This document shows positions 14,260-15,518 of a stretch of DNA of 15,518 bases, one piece after another (the stretch's first letter is position 1; each line of letters starts with the position of its first letter). Made by a program: the position numbers and the translations under genes. The DNA lies in the NCBI GenBank assembly GCA_038874215.1, contig JAVZCV010000004.1, positions 36,538 to 52,055 of the forward strand, read 5' to 3'. The stretch is from Candidatus Micrarchaeia archaeon. Lineage in GTDB: Archaea > Micrarchaeota > Micrarchaeia > Burarchaeales > JAVZCV01. The notes below the pieces were generated by a model. It searched no databases. It was not told the origin of the DNA and saw only the letters and a list, made by a program, of their open reading frames with translations.

Positions 14260-15333
14260 TCACTTGACTTCAACCGCGACCCAGCCAGGAGGAAAAAGGC
14301 TACCGTTGTACCTGCAAAGCTTGCGTGAGTTCGGGCAACTCTCCGCATTCCTGCTTCTTCTTCGAGGCAGAAGCTCTCTTCTTAATCTTTCGTCTTCGGA
14401 GAAAACCGAAGTCATGAAAAAAGACGAGCCCATGCCAAGCCGAAGCAGATACATTTTCTCTTCCTTAAGTTTTTTGTAGAAATCAACAACCCGCTCGTAT
14501 TCAGCGGAAAAGGCACCATAGTCCCCAAAAAACCTGATTTCTGCTTCTACAATACGTCTGCAACGTTCAGAACAAATACCCAGTATTCTTGTGACATTTA
14601 GTTCTTCTGTATCTCCAAAATTTTTGACCCACATTTCTGTTTTAAACGAGAGATTTGGCGGTATGAACTCGCCGAAAAGCTTTGATCCCCTCCCCCTCCT
14701 ACTTCGCATCATCTCCCCTAAAGCCCCATCCCTCTCACGGTGTATCTCAAGCGGGCATAATGCAAGCATAGCATCGGAAGGAGCATCCGAATATACATCT
14801 CTTAAGCCAAAACGGCGTTCCCTTAAAGACTTCTCGATCTCCACCACAATTCCACGCAAATGATCCCTGAGCTCTCTATTCCTTATTAATTCTTGCATTT
14901 TGTCTGGGGTGGGTATTTTCACTTTATCATACACGAGGCATCCTTTTATAGAGCCTTTAATCGATGAACCGGGAATGTATGGTCTGCCGAGGCCGTCTTT
15001 TATGAAAACGTGAACTTCATACGTTCTCTCAAAATCCTGTTTCGCATGGTTTTCAAGGTAGTAGGCAGCTATATCTTTTGGCTCTATCTTTTTCTCATTT
15101 ACAAATTTTTCTATGCTGAATTCATCAGGTTTACGCATTGATCCTACAAGGTCTTCTATACCCTTTTCATCCAGCAGCATGGTGAGTTTTTCTATATCTA
15201 CCCTTATCGCTCTTCCGTCTTGCCTAATGTAATCATAGCCTATTCTCGCCTTCTCACCACTTCCGATCAGGATAGGGCTTAGGGTTTTTATCTCAAGAGT
15301 TCTTCTTTCTACTTCTCTCTCCCCATCACTCAT
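14260..15333 (-). CDS. csm5: Type III-A RAMP subunit Csm5
   Basis: TLSPILIGSG, PYIPGSSIKGSIK, LRLGMGSSF and C-terminal PPGWV. ATG 15333 has SD GGTGA and overlaps the csm4 stop. Confidence 0.92.
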   Translation of the reverse strand: MSDGEREVERRTLEIKTLSPILIGSGEKARIGYDYIRQDGRAIRVDIEKLTMLLDEKGIEDLVGSMRKPDEFSIEKFVNEKKIEPKDIAAYYLENHAKQDFERTYEVHVFIKDGLGRPYIPGSSIKGSIKGCLVYDKVKIPTPDKMQELIRNRELRDHLRGIVVEIEKSLRERRFGLRDVYSDAPSDAMLALCPLEIHRERDGALGEMMRSRRGRGSKLFGEFIPPNLSFKTEMWVKNFGDTEELNVTRILGICSERCRRIVEAEIRFFGDYGAFSAEYERVVDFYKKLKEEKMYLLRLGMGSSFFMTSVFSEDERLRRELLPRRRSRNAESCPNSRKLCRYNGSLFPPGWVAVEVK

Positions 15334-15518
15334 CCGAATCACCACTGAAGAAGTAAGGAATAGTTCTTCCATCCCAGAAAACAGCATGCCCGTCTATCTC
15401 AAAATCACGGTATTTTCCATACGCGCCATACAGTTCCTTCTTATTTTCGCATGGGAAAATTGATCCCTCGGCGATAAAAATCTTTGTAGGCTTCACCTTT
15501 TCCTTTGCATATATGTTT
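15326..15518 (-). CDS. csm4: 3' end of type III-A RAMP subunit Csm4 (partial)
   Basis: My translation from 15517 is NIYAKEKVKPTKIFIAEGSIFPCENKKELYGAYGKYRDFEIDGHAVFWDGRTIPYFFSGDSDE*. The EGS.F...G...H.V...G pattern and the position upstream of csm5 fit Csm4. Confidence 0.85.
   Translation of the reverse strand, partial: NIYAKEKVKPTKIFIAEGSIFPCENKKELYGAYGKYRDFEIDGHAVFWDGRTIPYFFSGDSDE

Overview
Archaeal chromosomal window. A DPANN/Micrarchaeota-like origin is inferred from multi-intron tRNAs, a Cys-rich surface lipoprotein and a stand-alone Rad50; the taxonomy is not proven. The left part is core genome: glnA, an ADP-dependent sugar kinase, a membrane protein, a Cys-repeat lipoprotein, a small DUF1610/HVO_2753-type zinc-ribbon gene that seems to start at CTG, EF-1beta, a Mut7-C RNase and rad50. 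It also holds three tRNA genes that the ORF track does not show: Phe-GAA, Gly-GCC and Gly-CCC. Together they carry seven bulge-helix-bulge (BHB) introns, six at non-canonical positions, and one exon is only 6 nt. The right part is a type III-A CRISPR-Cas locus: an array of 8 repeats and 7 spacers, leader, cas2, cas1, a Cas4-like nuclease lacking the Fe-S cysteines, a divergent CARF-wHTH (Csa3-like) regulator, cas6, a TIGR02710-like CARF-HEPN effector, csm5 and the 3' end of csm4. The most interesting signals are the intron-dense tRNAs with two-state T/A-tract hairpins, the CTG-initiated zinc finger, the Fe-S-less Cas4, and spacer orientation consistent with RNA targeting.
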